Assembly (NCBI GenBank): GCA_035945675.1
Contig: DASZAB010000108.1
Location: forward strand, 48,564 to 112,563
Direction: 5' to 3'
Origin: Verrucomicrobiia bacterium
Lineage (GTDB): Bacteria; Verrucomicrobiota; Verrucomicrobiia; Limisphaerales; UBA11358
DNA length: 64,000 bases
The position numbers and the translations under genes were made by a program. Positions 48,162 through 58,672 of the stretch are shown here, in pieces. The notes beneath the pieces were generated by a model. It saw only the letters and a list, made by a program, of their open reading frames with translations. It was not told the origin of the DNA and made no database searches. Each line of letters opens with the position of its first letter. Positions within the stretch are counted from its first letter, which is position 1.

Positions 48162-49193
48162 ATGAAACACAACCCCGCTTCCTCCGCGAAACCGCTCCCG
48201 CCGAACGTCCACGACTGGAAGCCGATTGTCGCCCGATATCAGCAGCCGGCGCTGGGCCGGGCTCTCTGGCAAGTGGTCAACACGCTGGTTCCCTATGCGG
48301 CGCTCTGGTATTTGATGTACCTGAGTCTGGCGGTGTCCTGGTGGCTGACCCTGCCACTGGCGGTTCTCGCCGGCGCGTTCCTGGTCCGGGCGTTCATCCT
48401 CTTTCATGACTGCGGGCACGGATCGTTTTTTAAATGGACAACCGCCAATCATCTCCTGGGGGCGATCACCGGTGTGCTGACTTTCACGCCCTTCTATCAT
48501 TGGCGGTGGGAACATGCCATCCACCACGCCAGCGCGGGGGATCTGGACCGGCGCGGCACGGGTGATGTCTGGACGCTGACCGTACAGGAATATCTGGAAG
48601 CATCCGGCTGGAAACGGTTCGCGTACCGGTTGGCACGCAATCCGGCGGTGCTGTTCGTGCTGGCACCGCTGTTCGTATTTCTCATGAAACAGCGGGTGCC
48701 CTCACTCAAGGCGCCGTTGCGGGAGCGTTACTCGGTCTATTGGACGAATCTCGGGGTGGGAGCCATCGCGGCCGGGTTGATCTGGATTTTCGGTCTTAAG
48801 GCTTACCTGATCATTCAGTTGGTGGTGCTGATGACAGCCGGCTCGGCCGGGGTGTGGTTGTTCTACGTGCAGCATCAATTCGAGGGGGTTTATTGGGAAC
48901 GCGGGGAGGAATGGGATTACGCCGCCGCAGCGCTGCAGGGCAGTTCATTCTACAAACTGCCCAGGGTCCTGCAATGGTTCTCAGGCAACATCGGGTTCCA
49001 TCACATCCATCATCTCAGCCCGCGGATTCCAAATTACCACCTGGAAAAATGCCACCAGGCCGAGCCGCTGTTTCAGACGGTGAAGCCCGTCACGCTGTTC
49101 TGCAGTTTCAAATCCTTCACCTTCCGTCTCTGGGACGAACAGCGGCGCCGGCTGGTCGGCTACCGCCACCTCCGAACCATGCGAAGGGAATAG
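48162..49193 (+). CDS. membrane fatty acid desaturase
   Basis: His boxes HDCGH, HAIHH, HHIHH. Confidence 0.92.
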   Translation: MKHNPASSAKPLPPNVHDWKPIVARYQQPALGRALWQVVNTLVPYAALWYLMYLSLAVSWWLTLPLAVLAGAFLVRAFILFHDCGHGSFFKWTTANHLLGAITGVLTFTPFYHWRWEHAIHHASAGDLDRRGTGDVWTLTVQEYLEASGWKRFAYRLARNPAVLFVLAPLFVFLMKQRVPSLKAPLRERYSVYWTNLGVGAIAAGLIWIFGLKAYLIIQLVVLMTAGSAGVWLFYVQHQFEGVYWERGEEWDYAAAALQGSSFYKLPRVLQWFSGNIGFHHIHHLSPRIPNYHLEKCHQAEPLFQTVKPVTLFCSFKSFTFRLWDEQRRRLVGYRHLRTMRRE

Positions 49194-49303
49194 AAATGAA
49201 TGGTCCGGTGTTGATCGGCAATTGTCCGGCAGCCCTTGGTGCGCGCAACTGCCTCATTGAACCCGAGGAAACGTCAGACCGGCGGGCCGACCGGAAATAA
49301 TCT

Positions 49304-50203
49304 ATGAATTGGACTCCGTTGAATCTCACCGTCCGCGTCGGATGCAGCCTTGCCTATGAAACGTCCGCACCCACGCCCGTCCTTTTCGTGTTGAAACCGC
49401 GACTCGAGGGCCGGGTACTGGTCATGCAGGAGGAACTTTCATTCGGCATCGGTCTGCCCTCGTATGAATTTCAAGATTCCCATGGCAACATCACCTATCG
49501 CTCCATGCTCATGCCGGGCCGCAACGAAATCCGGCATGATGCCGTGGTGGCCGTTTCCCCCCTGCCCGACGGCCGGGAGATTTTGGGCCAGCTTCTGCCC
49601 GTGGAGCAACTCCCTTTTGAGTTGTTACGCTACACTTTGCCAAGCCGTTATTGCGATTCGGACAAGCTGATGAATTTTGCCTGGGATCAATTCGGGCGGA
49701 TCGCCCACGGCCTCCCGCGCGTGCAAGCCATCTGCGACTGGGTTCATCATAACATTGAATACCGCACTCTTTCCGGCCGCTCCGATCTGTCCGCGTCCGA
49801 GGTCATCGAACGGCGCTACGGTGTTTGCCGCGACTTCGCCCACGCGGCCATTGCCCTGTGCCGCGCCTTCAATTTACCCGCCCGCTACGTGACCGGGCAC
49901 CTGCCGGAGATCGGCTGCACTGACCCCGGCACGCCGATGGATTTTCACGCCTATTGCGAAGTCTATCTGGGGCAGGAGTGGTTGACCTTTGATCCGCGTC
50001 ACAATGTTCCGCGCATTGGCCGGGTAAAAGTTGCCCACGGGGCGGACGCGGTGGATGGTGCGTTTGCGACGATTTACGGCGAGGCCAAACTGACCCATTT
50101 TGAAGTCTGGGCCTATCAGATAAATCCCCAACAAGTTTTCGTGGGCGATCCCATTGATTTATCCAGGCGCCTGGATGGCAGTCCGATGGTCCGACCCGGT
50201 TAG
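49304..50203 (+). CDS. transglutaminase-like protein
   Basis: PSRYC, GVCRDFAH, DFHAY, FDP (Cys-His-Asp triad). Confidence 0.9.
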   Translation: MNWTPLNLTVRVGCSLAYETSAPTPVLFVLKPRLEGRVLVMQEELSFGIGLPSYEFQDSHGNITYRSMLMPGRNEIRHDAVVAVSPLPDGREILGQLLPVEQLPFELLRYTLPSRYCDSDKLMNFAWDQFGRIAHGLPRVQAICDWVHHNIEYRTLSGRSDLSASEVIERRYGVCRDFAHAAIALCRAFNLPARYVTGHLPEIGCTDPGTPMDFHAYCEVYLGQEWLTFDPRHNVPRIGRVKVAHGADAVDGAFATIYGEAKLTHFEVWAYQINPQQVFVGDPIDLSRRLDGSPMVRPG

Positions 50204-50214
50204 TTCCACCGGTC

Positions 50215-51681
50215 TCACTCCATCGCCGCCAGCAGTTCATCCAGGGGAACCGTAGCGAAGCTGGTGGCCGAGTCGCTCATGGCGTAGGGGATGATGAGTT
50301 CGCGTCCGTGCAGCAGCGCGCCGCAAGTATAAACGACGTTCGGGACGTAGCCTTCGCGTTCGGCCTCGTTCGGGCAGAGCAACGGTTCCCTCAGGCGGCC
50401 AATGACGCGCGTCGGATCGTTCAAATCCACCAGGAATGCGCCGAGGCAATACTTCCGCATCGCGCCGACGCCATGGCTCAACACCAACCAGCCCGCTTCC
50501 GTTTCAATCGGCGAACCGCAGTTGCCGATCTTGATGAATTCCCACGGCTGCGCCGGCGGCAGCAACAGCCTCGGCGTCTGCCAGAAATGAATATTGTCCG
50601 AGAACATCAGGAGGATGTTTTCGTCATCCTGGCGCGACAGCATGACGTATTGCCCGTTGATTTTGCGCGGGAATAGCGCCATGCCCTTGTTCTGCACGGC
50701 GGGACCGTTGAGCGTGCTGAACTTGAAGTGGAGAAAGTCCGCAGTCTCCAGCAGTTGCGGCAGCGTGATCTTGCCGTCGTAGGCGGTGTAGGTCGCGTAA
50801 TAGGGGAAGCTGCCGTCGTCGTTCTGGAAGCGGACGAAGCGCGCGTCTTCGATGCCGTTGCTCTGGCTGGGCGCCGACGGAAAGAGGATGCGCTGCGAAA
50901 CGCGGCTGTCGGGCGCGAAGTTCACTTCGTAATTCGATTCCGCCAGCAACAGGATGCCGCGCGCGGCGCGGGTGGCCGTGACGTCAGACGTGTCCGTCAA
51001 ACCTGACGCCAGCAGAACCGCGTGCAGTTCTTTCAAGGTGAAATCCTCGTGCAACTTGTCCAGCACGCGCCGGCAAAAATCATTTTGCACGCCCGCTTCT
51101 TCCAGTTTGTGGGCAAACAATCCCTTGACGTAAGCGGCATTGGGCACGCGTTCCGGCTCGGTCACAAATGGCACGGGCGGCGTGAGCGTGATCCGATGTT
51201 GCGCGCTGACCGTGCCGGTGCGGAAGGTAATGGAGGAAATGTGTCCCTCGCCCGTGGCGCGCAAACTCAAAATAAAACGCAAGGCGCCTTTGGGCAGACC
51301 GCTCTGGTCGGGATGCGGCACGATGGACGGATTGAACAGCGCCGCCGACTCCGGCGAATACTCGTGCGTGAAGTAAGCGCCGATGAGCAGTTGTCGTTCG
51401 GCCGATGGCCGCGCATCGGATTCGAGATGAATCTTCACCTGTGCGAAGCGCGTGCGAAAAATCTTTTCAACGTACTCGTGACGGTTCGCAAATTCGGCGA
51501 GCACCTGATTCAGCAACCTGGGGACTTCTTCCTCCGGCAACGCCATGACGCGGGCGACGATTCGCCGCGAGATGTCGTCGGTGGTGGGGCGAAACGGGCG
51601 CATCAGCACGCGCGAACGATCCGGGGTCAGCGTCGGCCCGATGCGTTTAGCGTGGACGGGAGACAGGGTAACGGTAGTCAT
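50215..51681 (-). CDS. GH130 family glycosidase/phosphorylase
   Basis: LFNPS, GIEDARF, NKGMALFP, GYVPNVVY. Confidence 0.88.
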   Translation of the reverse strand: MTTVTLSPVHAKRIGPTLTPDRSRVLMRPFRPTTDDISRRIVARVMALPEEEVPRLLNQVLAEFANRHEYVEKIFRTRFAQVKIHLESDARPSAERQLLIGAYFTHEYSPESAALFNPSIVPHPDQSGLPKGALRFILSLRATGEGHISSITFRTGTVSAQHRITLTPPVPFVTEPERVPNAAYVKGLFAHKLEEAGVQNDFCRRVLDKLHEDFTLKELHAVLLASGLTDTSDVTATRAARGILLLAESNYEVNFAPDSRVSQRILFPSAPSQSNGIEDARFVRFQNDDGSFPYYATYTAYDGKITLPQLLETADFLHFKFSTLNGPAVQNKGMALFPRKINGQYVMLSRQDDENILLMFSDNIHFWQTPRLLLPPAQPWEFIKIGNCGSPIETEAGWLVLSHGVGAMRKYCLGAFLVDLNDPTRVIGRLREPLLCPNEAEREGYVPNVVYTCGALLHGRELIIPYAMSDSATSFATVPLDELLAAME

Positions 51682-51712
51682 ATATTTTCCACGAAGTTTC
51701 AAATCGCAGCAT

Positions 51713-53995
51713 CTATTTGCCGGACGGCTCCTTGAAGCTGATGAGCGAATTTTGCAGTGCTTGCATATCCGCGAGCGACAGCAGGAAGGCCAGGGTGGAC
51801 TCGGCACCCTGGTTCTGGCTCAGACGATCCACGTGCAACCCGTCCCGGCAGCCGCCGGTGGCTGAATCGTAGAGCGCCAGTCCCAGATCGTTCCGACCGA
51901 GAAACCACTCGAACGCGCGGCGCGCTTCCGCGACCCAGCACAGGTCGCCCGTGGCCTGATACGCTTCGATGCAAGCGGAAATCGTGACCTGGGCTTCGAT
52001 GGGTTGCTGGTCGAAGATCGCCCGTGGCTTGTCACGCGGATAAAACCCGTTCGAACCGATGGGCCGGAAAGCGCCGGCCTCCGAGGTCTGGATTTTTGTC
52101 AGCCACCGCAGGGTTTTGAGGCCGAGTTCCAGCATCGGTCCGTTGTTCAGGCAGCGTCCGTTGAGAATCATCGCATGCGGCAGCTTGGCGTTGGCATAGG
52201 AAACGACTTCTTCGAACCATTGCCAGTCGCCGGTGGCGGCGTCGGCGTAACGTTGCATGAGTTTGGCCGTGAGCGATTCGCGGATCTGGTTCGCGCGCCG
52301 GTCGCCGCTGAATCGCCGCAGATATTCGTCAATCCCGATGAGCGTGAACGCCAATGCCCGTGGCGACATGAACTCGGCGGCCACGGGGAGGGCTTGTTCG
52401 AACAATTCCGCCGCCAGCATTTGAAAACTGCCCTGGCCCGCCTGCGACACGCACAGCCCGAGCGCCCATAGCGCGTGACCCTGGCAGTCCTCCGAGCCGA
52501 CCTCCTCCAGCCAGTGCCGGTCGAAGCTCATGAAATTCCGAAAACGCCCGCGCTGACGGTCGAAGGCGTGGTTCAAAAACGCGGCGTAGGTGGCGGCCCG
52601 CGCGCCGAGTTGCGGTGAACCATGCCCCAGCTTTTTCAGCATCAAGGCCAGCACCAGGGCGCGGGCGTTGTCGTCCGTGCAATAGCCTTCGGCAAAATTC
52701 GGCACGGTGAAGCTCGCGTGCTGGAAAATACCGGTCGAATCGCTCATCCGAAACAGATGATCCAGCTTCAATTCCGGCAACTGTCCGGGTTGTTCATCGA
52801 GCGTCTTGATGGGCGACGATTTTCGCCCGACGAAACTGTGGTCCTGCCGCGCCTGCTCGAAGGACTTCGTATACGATTGCGCCACGCGGCTCCACACCAT
52901 GTCGCGCCCCAGCTTGTAGGCGTTTTTGCGCATCAGGTGACGCAACGGCTCGTCGCGCAGCAGTTCGATCACTGCGACGGCAGTAGCCTTGGCGTCGCGG
53001 AAGGGCACGAGCTTGCCGCGCTCCGCCGTCAATAATTCCGCGGCGTGCCAGTAGGGCGTGGAGACCACGGCGTTCCCCGCGCCGAACGCATAGGCCAGCG
53101 TACCCGAAGTGGTTTGCGCTTCGGTCAAATACGGTGTGAGATAAATGTCCGCCGCGCCGATGAACCGCATCAATTCCTCCAGCTCGACGAAGCGGTTGAA
53201 GAACACGACGTGCCTTTGCACGCCGAGGTCTTTGGCCAGCCGTTCCAGGCTCAAGCGGTAAGCCTCGCCCTCGTCGCGCAGCAAATTCGGATGGGTTTGC
53301 CCCAGGACGATGTAAACGACGTTGGGAAAGTCCCGGATGATTCCTGGCAACGCCCGCAAGGCAAACTCGATGCCCTTGTTTGGTGACAGCAATCCGAACG
53401 TGAGCAACACCTGCTTGCCGGCCACGCCGAACTCGTCCTTGAAATAGTTCGGGTCGGCAAAAGGCATGTCCGGAATGCCATGCGGGATAAGATCAACCTT
53501 CGCCGGCGGCGCATGATAGACCTCGCGCAGCAACTCCCGACCGCGTTCGGTCATGGCCACCAACCGGGTCGAGAGGCGGATCAGGTCGCGCATCACGCGG
53601 CGTTGCTCTGTGTTTGGCTCACGCAACACGGTATGCAGGGTGGTGACGATGGGCATTTGCAATTCGCGCAGCAACGCCAGCACATGACTGCCCGCCGGCC
53701 CGCCGAAAATACCAAACTCATGTTGCACGCAAACCACGTCCACATCGGTAATGTTGAGAAAATCCGCCGCGCGCAGGTAGGACGGCAGGTCCTGTTCCAT
53801 AATCTCGAAGCGCACCTCGGCCGGGTAATTGTATCCCCCCGCGAGGTCGTTGACCGGCACGACCAGGCATTGCATCGCCGGAAACTCCGCCGACATGGCA
53901 CAACGCAAGTCCGTCGTGAAGGTAGCAATGCCGCATTTCCTTGGCAGGTAATCGCCGAGAAACGCGACCTTGCGGATGGCAGAGGCGGGCGGCAT
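51713..53995 (-). CDS. GT4 glycosyltransferase with a C-terminal helical (toroid-like) domain
   Basis: YLPRKCGIATF, QHEFGIFGG, TFGLLSPNKG, SGTLAYA; C-terminal GYCTDDNARA, NQGAEST. Confidence 0.9.
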   Translation of the reverse strand: MPPASAIRKVAFLGDYLPRKCGIATFTTDLRCAMSAEFPAMQCLVVPVNDLAGGYNYPAEVRFEIMEQDLPSYLRAADFLNITDVDVVCVQHEFGIFGGPAGSHVLALLRELQMPIVTTLHTVLREPNTEQRRVMRDLIRLSTRLVAMTERGRELLREVYHAPPAKVDLIPHGIPDMPFADPNYFKDEFGVAGKQVLLTFGLLSPNKGIEFALRALPGIIRDFPNVVYIVLGQTHPNLLRDEGEAYRLSLERLAKDLGVQRHVVFFNRFVELEELMRFIGAADIYLTPYLTEAQTTSGTLAYAFGAGNAVVSTPYWHAAELLTAERGKLVPFRDAKATAVAVIELLRDEPLRHLMRKNAYKLGRDMVWSRVAQSYTKSFEQARQDHSFVGRKSSPIKTLDEQPGQLPELKLDHLFRMSDSTGIFQHASFTVPNFAEGYCTDDNARALVLALMLKKLGHGSPQLGARAATYAAFLNHAFDRQRGRFRNFMSFDRHWLEEVGSEDCQGHALWALGLCVSQAGQGSFQMLAAELFEQALPVAAEFMSPRALAFTLIGIDEYLRRFSGDRRANQIRESLTAKLMQRYADAATGDWQWFEEVVSYANAKLPHAMILNGRCLNNGPMLELGLKTLRWLTKIQTSEAGAFRPIGSNGFYPRDKPRAIFDQQPIEAQVTISACIEAYQATGDLCWVAEARRAFEWFLGRNDLGLALYDSATGGCRDGLHVDRLSQNQGAESTLAFLLSLADMQALQNSLISFKEPSGK

Positions 53996-54202
53996 GAATC
54001 GTTGGTGGTGGCACAGGCAAACCGGCCTGTGCTGACAATGCTTATACTGTACTACGCGACTGCATTTACCAAGAACCAATTCTTACAAGATCATGACGGC
54101 ATCGGTTATGTCGCGATGCCGAAATCTCAATCCTTCTTGCTGAAATTACTAATGGGCAACGGCAAAAGTAATGATACAAATGATCTGTTCCACAACCATC
54201 CT

Positions 54203-57200
54203 ATGAAAAACGCAACTCACCGCTTCGATCGCTCCTCAATTTGTTCCCATAACCGTCGGTCCCGGCTGTGCCGTACGGGGGCGTTGACCGGCGTGTTTGC
54301 CCCGGCTTTCGTCGCATTCATGTTCACTTGCGCCGCTCGCGCGCAAACGGGTGACACCAATATCTGGTTTGGCCCGGGCGCCGGTTTCAATAACTGGTCG
54401 GACAGCGCCAATTGGACCAACGCGACCGCCGGCGGTCAGACGGGATTGGCGGGCGGCGACGACGTGAAGTTTTTCAACACGGGTTCTGTGGGGACCGTCT
54501 CGAACATCGACAACGTGGTGGACACTTCCGTTTCCATCGGTTCGTTGGTCTATGGCAACACCAACGGGTTTCACACCACGCTGATTACGAATGGCGCGAC
54601 GCTGAGCATCACCAACACCGGTGGCTTGAGCGTGTTCACCCCGGGCGACCCCGGCTCGGCCATCACCATCTGGGCCACCCTCATCGGCCCGGGCGGCACG
54701 CTCAATCTTGACAACACCAACGCCAATCTGGTGATCAATCAGGGTCAAGGCTCGGGTGGCGCGCCGCGCGCCGTTCTGGACCTGTCCGGGCTGGACAACT
54801 TCACGGCCAACCTCAACCGCATCGGCATTGGCACGACCACGTTACCCAATCCCAGCGGTGCCAATCAAAGAGACACCGGCACGCTCTTTCTGGCCAAAAC
54901 GAACACGATCACCGTCAATTACGCCGACACGCTGGCAGATTATGAGACCGCCAACAAGCTCAACGGACTGGAGATGAGCCGAAACCCCGGCAACAGCGCG
55001 GGATTCAATTACCTCTATCTTGGGATCAGCAATGTGTTCTATATCGACAGTCTGGGGATCGGCCGCGACAAGTCCACCGCCGGCAGATACTCCGGCATCA
55101 TGGCCTTCAACCCCGCCTTCCTGCCAGATGCTCCGGTTGCTTATTTTCGCGGCACCGGCGGCAATTCCAGCGCCGTGACGTGGTGGGGGATCGGGGACAT
55201 GAACAACAGTTCCTCCTCCTCGCAGACCGCCTGTGGCACCAATGATTTCACCGGCGGCTACGTGGACGCGCTGGTCAACACCATGTCTTTGAGCCGGGAT
55301 GGCAGCCCCAGCAGCACCGCGTCGGGCGTCAACATCGGCGTGCTGAATTTCAACAACGGCCGCATAGAAGTCAGTACGCTGTTGCTCGGCAATCAATCGC
55401 TTGGCCCCGGCACGAGTTCCACCAAAAATGAAGGGTTCATGAACCTCACGGGCGCCGGCGCCACATTGATGGTCGATCACGTCCTGACCTTGGGTTACAC
55501 CACCCAAAACAGCACCGCGGCGCAAGGTACCTTCGGCGTGCTCAACGTGACAGGCGGAACCGTGGGCGCCAACAACATCACCGTGGGCGCCGCCACCACC
55601 TCGACCAACAACGCCATCAATCTGGTCAACGGAACGTTGATCGTCACCAATACGCTGGCGACCAATTCCGCCGGCTTGTACGCGTTGACTCTTTCCAGCT
55701 CCACGCTCGGCCTGACCGTTCCGGCCGATGGCTCACTCCGCGGACTGGTTCATAACCTCCATACCGCCGGCGCCGCCAATGTCATCCAGCTGGATCCGAA
55801 TCCGGTCATCTTTTCTTCTTACCCGCAACAATTTCCTCTCCTCAAATACACCACCTGGACGGGGGCCAATACCTTTGCCCTCGCCAGCATCCCGCCGTGG
55901 GCGCCCGGCGCCACCGTCGTCAGCAACGGAGCCGATCAATCTCTCGATCTGGTTTTGCCCCACGATCCGCGTCCGGTCATCACCAATGCATTCCGCCAAC
56001 CGGTCAGCGTGCCGACTTATCCGAATCCCGGTGACAACGTGACCCTGAGCATCGGCGTCAGTCCCGACAGCGTCACGCCGCTCGGCTATCAATGGTATTT
56101 CAACTCGACGCCGCTGGCGGACGGCCCCGTGGGCGACGGCTCGACCAATTCCGGCAGCGCCACCAGCGCGTTGACCATCTTCGATTCGCAAACCAACGAA
56201 ACCGGCAATTACACCGTCGTCATCACCAACGTGTACGGCGCGACCACCAGCAGCGTGTGGTCGCTGATCGTCAGCACCAATCCGGTGGCGCCCACGATCA
56301 CCGGACCGGCCGGCGTCACCGTGATCCAGGGAAATACGGCGTCCTTGCAGACCATCGTCGCCGGCAAACCCGCGCCCGTCCTGCAGTGGCTGTTCAACGG
56401 CTCCGCTCTCACCGATGGCCCAGGACCCAGCGGGGGTTCGACCATTTCCGGCAGCGGCACTTCCACGCTGACCCTCAGCAATCCGCAATACCCGGGCGAC
56501 CAGGGGACCTACTCGTTGATGGCCAGTAATGTGGCGGGATTGGCGACTAATAACACCGTGGTGACGGTGATGGTGCCGCCGGCCATCAGCGCCGAACCGC
56601 AAAATCTGGTGGTGACGAACACACAATCGGCTTCATTTTCGGTGACGGCCAGCGGGGTGCCGGCGCCAACCTACCAGTGGGACAAAAACGGCGTGCCGAT
56701 TTCGCCCTTAGTGAACAACACAGCGACCAATGCGGCCTTCAACATTGTCAGTGCATCGCCGGGCGACATTGCCACCTATTCCTGCGTGGTTGCCAACGCG
56801 GCGGGCACGACCAACACAACCGGCGCGACGCTCACCGTCAATTCCACCGGCTTGCAAGCGGTTTCCCTGTCGCCGGCCAACGGCCAGACCGGCGTCTGTT
56901 ATGACACGCCGCTTTACCTCACCTTCAGCCAGCCGCCCGTGCTGAACACCCAGGGCACCATCCGCATCTACAACGTGACCAATTCCACCACACCGGTGGA
57001 CACGATTGACCTGAGCCTGAATCAGACATTACAGACGCCTTATGCGGTGAACGTCCAGCAGCGGACCATTGCCGGCGACACGTTCAATACCTTCCCGGTC
57101 ATCATCACCGGCAACACGGCGGCCATTTTGCCACACCTGGATTTGTTGACCTCGAATCAGACGTATTACGTCACGGTGGATGACGGCGTGTTCACCGACA

Positions 57201-58648
57201 CCAACGGCGCTTATTTCACCGGCATCACCGCCACGAACGCCTGGCAGTTCACCACCAAGCCCGGCGGCCCGGCCAATCCGACCAACCTCGTGGTGGCGGC
57301 GGACGGCAGCGGCGACTTTGACACCGTGCAGGGCGCGGTGGATTCCGTGCCGTCGAACAACACCACGCCGACGACGATTAACGTCCGCAACGGCACTTAC
57401 GCGGAAATCGTGGACGTGAAATCGAAGAACAATCTGGATTTCCGCGGTCAGAGCCGCGACGGCGTCATGATTGGTTATCCGAACAACAACAATGTCAACG
57501 CCGGCGCTCCCTGGCGCGCTGCCTTTATAGTGAACGGCAACGATTGCTCGTTTGAAAACCTCACGCTCACCAACATGACTCCCAAAGGAGGTTCGCAGGC
57601 CGAGGCGATTGATGTCGAGGGCAGCCGCGCCATCTTCCTTAACATGAATCTCGACAGCTATCAGGACACCTTCCTGATTCACTCCGCCGGCAAGCTGGTT
57701 TACTTTCAGGATTGTTTGATTCAAGGTGACACGGACTTCAACTGGGGCTACGGCACGGTGTTTTGGACGAATTGCGAATTGCGCGTGATGAGCCCCGGCG
57801 GCCATGTGACCCAACCGCGCTCGCCGGCCGGCCAGAATGGATTTTCATTCGTCAACTGCCAGGTGACGGCAGGCAGTGCCGGCGTAACCAGCGCCGACCT
57901 CGGCCGTTCCATCAACACGCCGACCACGCCTGCGGAGGTGATTTTCAGCCAGTGCCTCATGGGTGATTTTGTCACCGGCTATAATTCCGACGCGGGCACC
58001 AACTTCTGGGATTACGCCGACAGCAACCTGACGGCGACCTTGCCTAAAACGCTCGCCTATTCAACGCACCTGTCGGCCAGCGACCCGATTGTGTCTGTGG
58101 CCCTGAGCGCCACGAACTGGCTCTACGGCTGGCAACCGCAAATGGCGCCAAATATCATCGGCCAACCGGCCGGTCAAACGGTCAACGCCGGCCAAGGCGT
58201 AAGCTTCACGGTCAACGCCACCGGCATTCCGGATCCGACGTATCAATGGTTGAAGGATGGCACCAACCTGGTCGGACAAACCGGAGCGACGCTCTCGATT
58301 ACCAACGCCAGCGGACTGGACATCGGCACCTATTCGGTCATCGTTTCGAACGGTTCCGGCAGTGTTACCAGCAGCAATGCGGTCTTGACGGTCAATGCCC
58401 CCACCACCCCGGCAACCATTGTTGCACCATCGGTGGACAACAGTGGAAACGTCCAGTTTACCATCAGCGGCCCGGCCGGGTCGGCGGGCTTTGGTTATCG
58501 CGTCTGGGCGACCACGAACCTCGCCTTGACACCGGTCACCAGCACCTGGACCCTGCTCACCAACGGCGTTTTCGACACCACGCCGACAATTTTCACCGAT
58601 CCGGCGGGCACGCTGCCGCAGCGGTTCTATCTCATCACCGTGCCGTAG
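54203..58648 (+). CDS. large secreted pectinesterase (CE8) with a beta-rich N-terminal region, Ig domains and a C-terminal sorting-like domain
   Basis: VVAADGSGDFDTVQGAVD, QAEA, YQDT, GDTDF, LGR; several YQW Ig repeats; start at MKNATH. Confidence 0.88.
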   Translation: MKNATHRFDRSSICSHNRRSRLCRTGALTGVFAPAFVAFMFTCAARAQTGDTNIWFGPGAGFNNWSDSANWTNATAGGQTGLAGGDDVKFFNTGSVGTVSNIDNVVDTSVSIGSLVYGNTNGFHTTLITNGATLSITNTGGLSVFTPGDPGSAITIWATLIGPGGTLNLDNTNANLVINQGQGSGGAPRAVLDLSGLDNFTANLNRIGIGTTTLPNPSGANQRDTGTLFLAKTNTITVNYADTLADYETANKLNGLEMSRNPGNSAGFNYLYLGISNVFYIDSLGIGRDKSTAGRYSGIMAFNPAFLPDAPVAYFRGTGGNSSAVTWWGIGDMNNSSSSSQTACGTNDFTGGYVDALVNTMSLSRDGSPSSTASGVNIGVLNFNNGRIEVSTLLLGNQSLGPGTSSTKNEGFMNLTGAGATLMVDHVLTLGYTTQNSTAAQGTFGVLNVTGGTVGANNITVGAATTSTNNAINLVNGTLIVTNTLATNSAGLYALTLSSSTLGLTVPADGSLRGLVHNLHTAGAANVIQLDPNPVIFSSYPQQFPLLKYTTWTGANTFALASIPPWAPGATVVSNGADQSLDLVLPHDPRPVITNAFRQPVSVPTYPNPGDNVTLSIGVSPDSVTPLGYQWYFNSTPLADGPVGDGSTNSGSATSALTIFDSQTNETGNYTVVITNVYGATTSSVWSLIVSTNPVAPTITGPAGVTVIQGNTASLQTIVAGKPAPVLQWLFNGSALTDGPGPSGGSTISGSGTSTLTLSNPQYPGDQGTYSLMASNVAGLATNNTVVTVMVPPAISAEPQNLVVTNTQSASFSVTASGVPAPTYQWDKNGVPISPLVNNTATNAAFNIVSASPGDIATYSCVVANAAGTTNTTGATLTVNSTGLQAVSLSPANGQTGVCYDTPLYLTFSQPPVLNTQGTIRIYNVTNSTTPVDTIDLSLNQTLQTPYAVNVQQRTIAGDTFNTFPVIITGNTAAILPHLDLLTSNQTYYVTVDDGVFTDTNGAYFTGITATNAWQFTTKPGGPANPTNLVVAADGSGDFDTVQGAVDSVPSNNTTPTTINVRNGTYAEIVDVKSKNNLDFRGQSRDGVMIGYPNNNNVNAGAPWRAAFIVNGNDCSFENLTLTNMTPKGGSQAEAIDVEGSRAIFLNMNLDSYQDTFLIHSAGKLVYFQDCLIQGDTDFNWGYGTVFWTNCELRVMSPGGHVTQPRSPAGQNGFSFVNCQVTAGSAGVTSADLGRSINTPTTPAEVIFSQCLMGDFVTGYNSDAGTNFWDYADSNLTATLPKTLAYSTHLSASDPIVSVALSATNWLYGWQPQMAPNIIGQPAGQTVNAGQGVSFTVNATGIPDPTYQWLKDGTNLVGQTGATLSITNASGLDIGTYSVIVSNGSGSVTSSNAVLTVNAPTTPATIVAPSVDNSGNVQFTISGPAGSAGFGYRVWATTNLALTPVTSTWTLLTNGVFDTTPTIFTDPAGTLPQRFYLITVP

Positions 58649-58672
58649 CCAAAATAAACGACGTTCGACACG

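Noticed and set aside
53480..54202. 241-aa N-terminal extension of the 1722-aa track ORF
   Set aside because: Mostly antisense to the GT4 gene; the signal-peptide-like start is at 54203.
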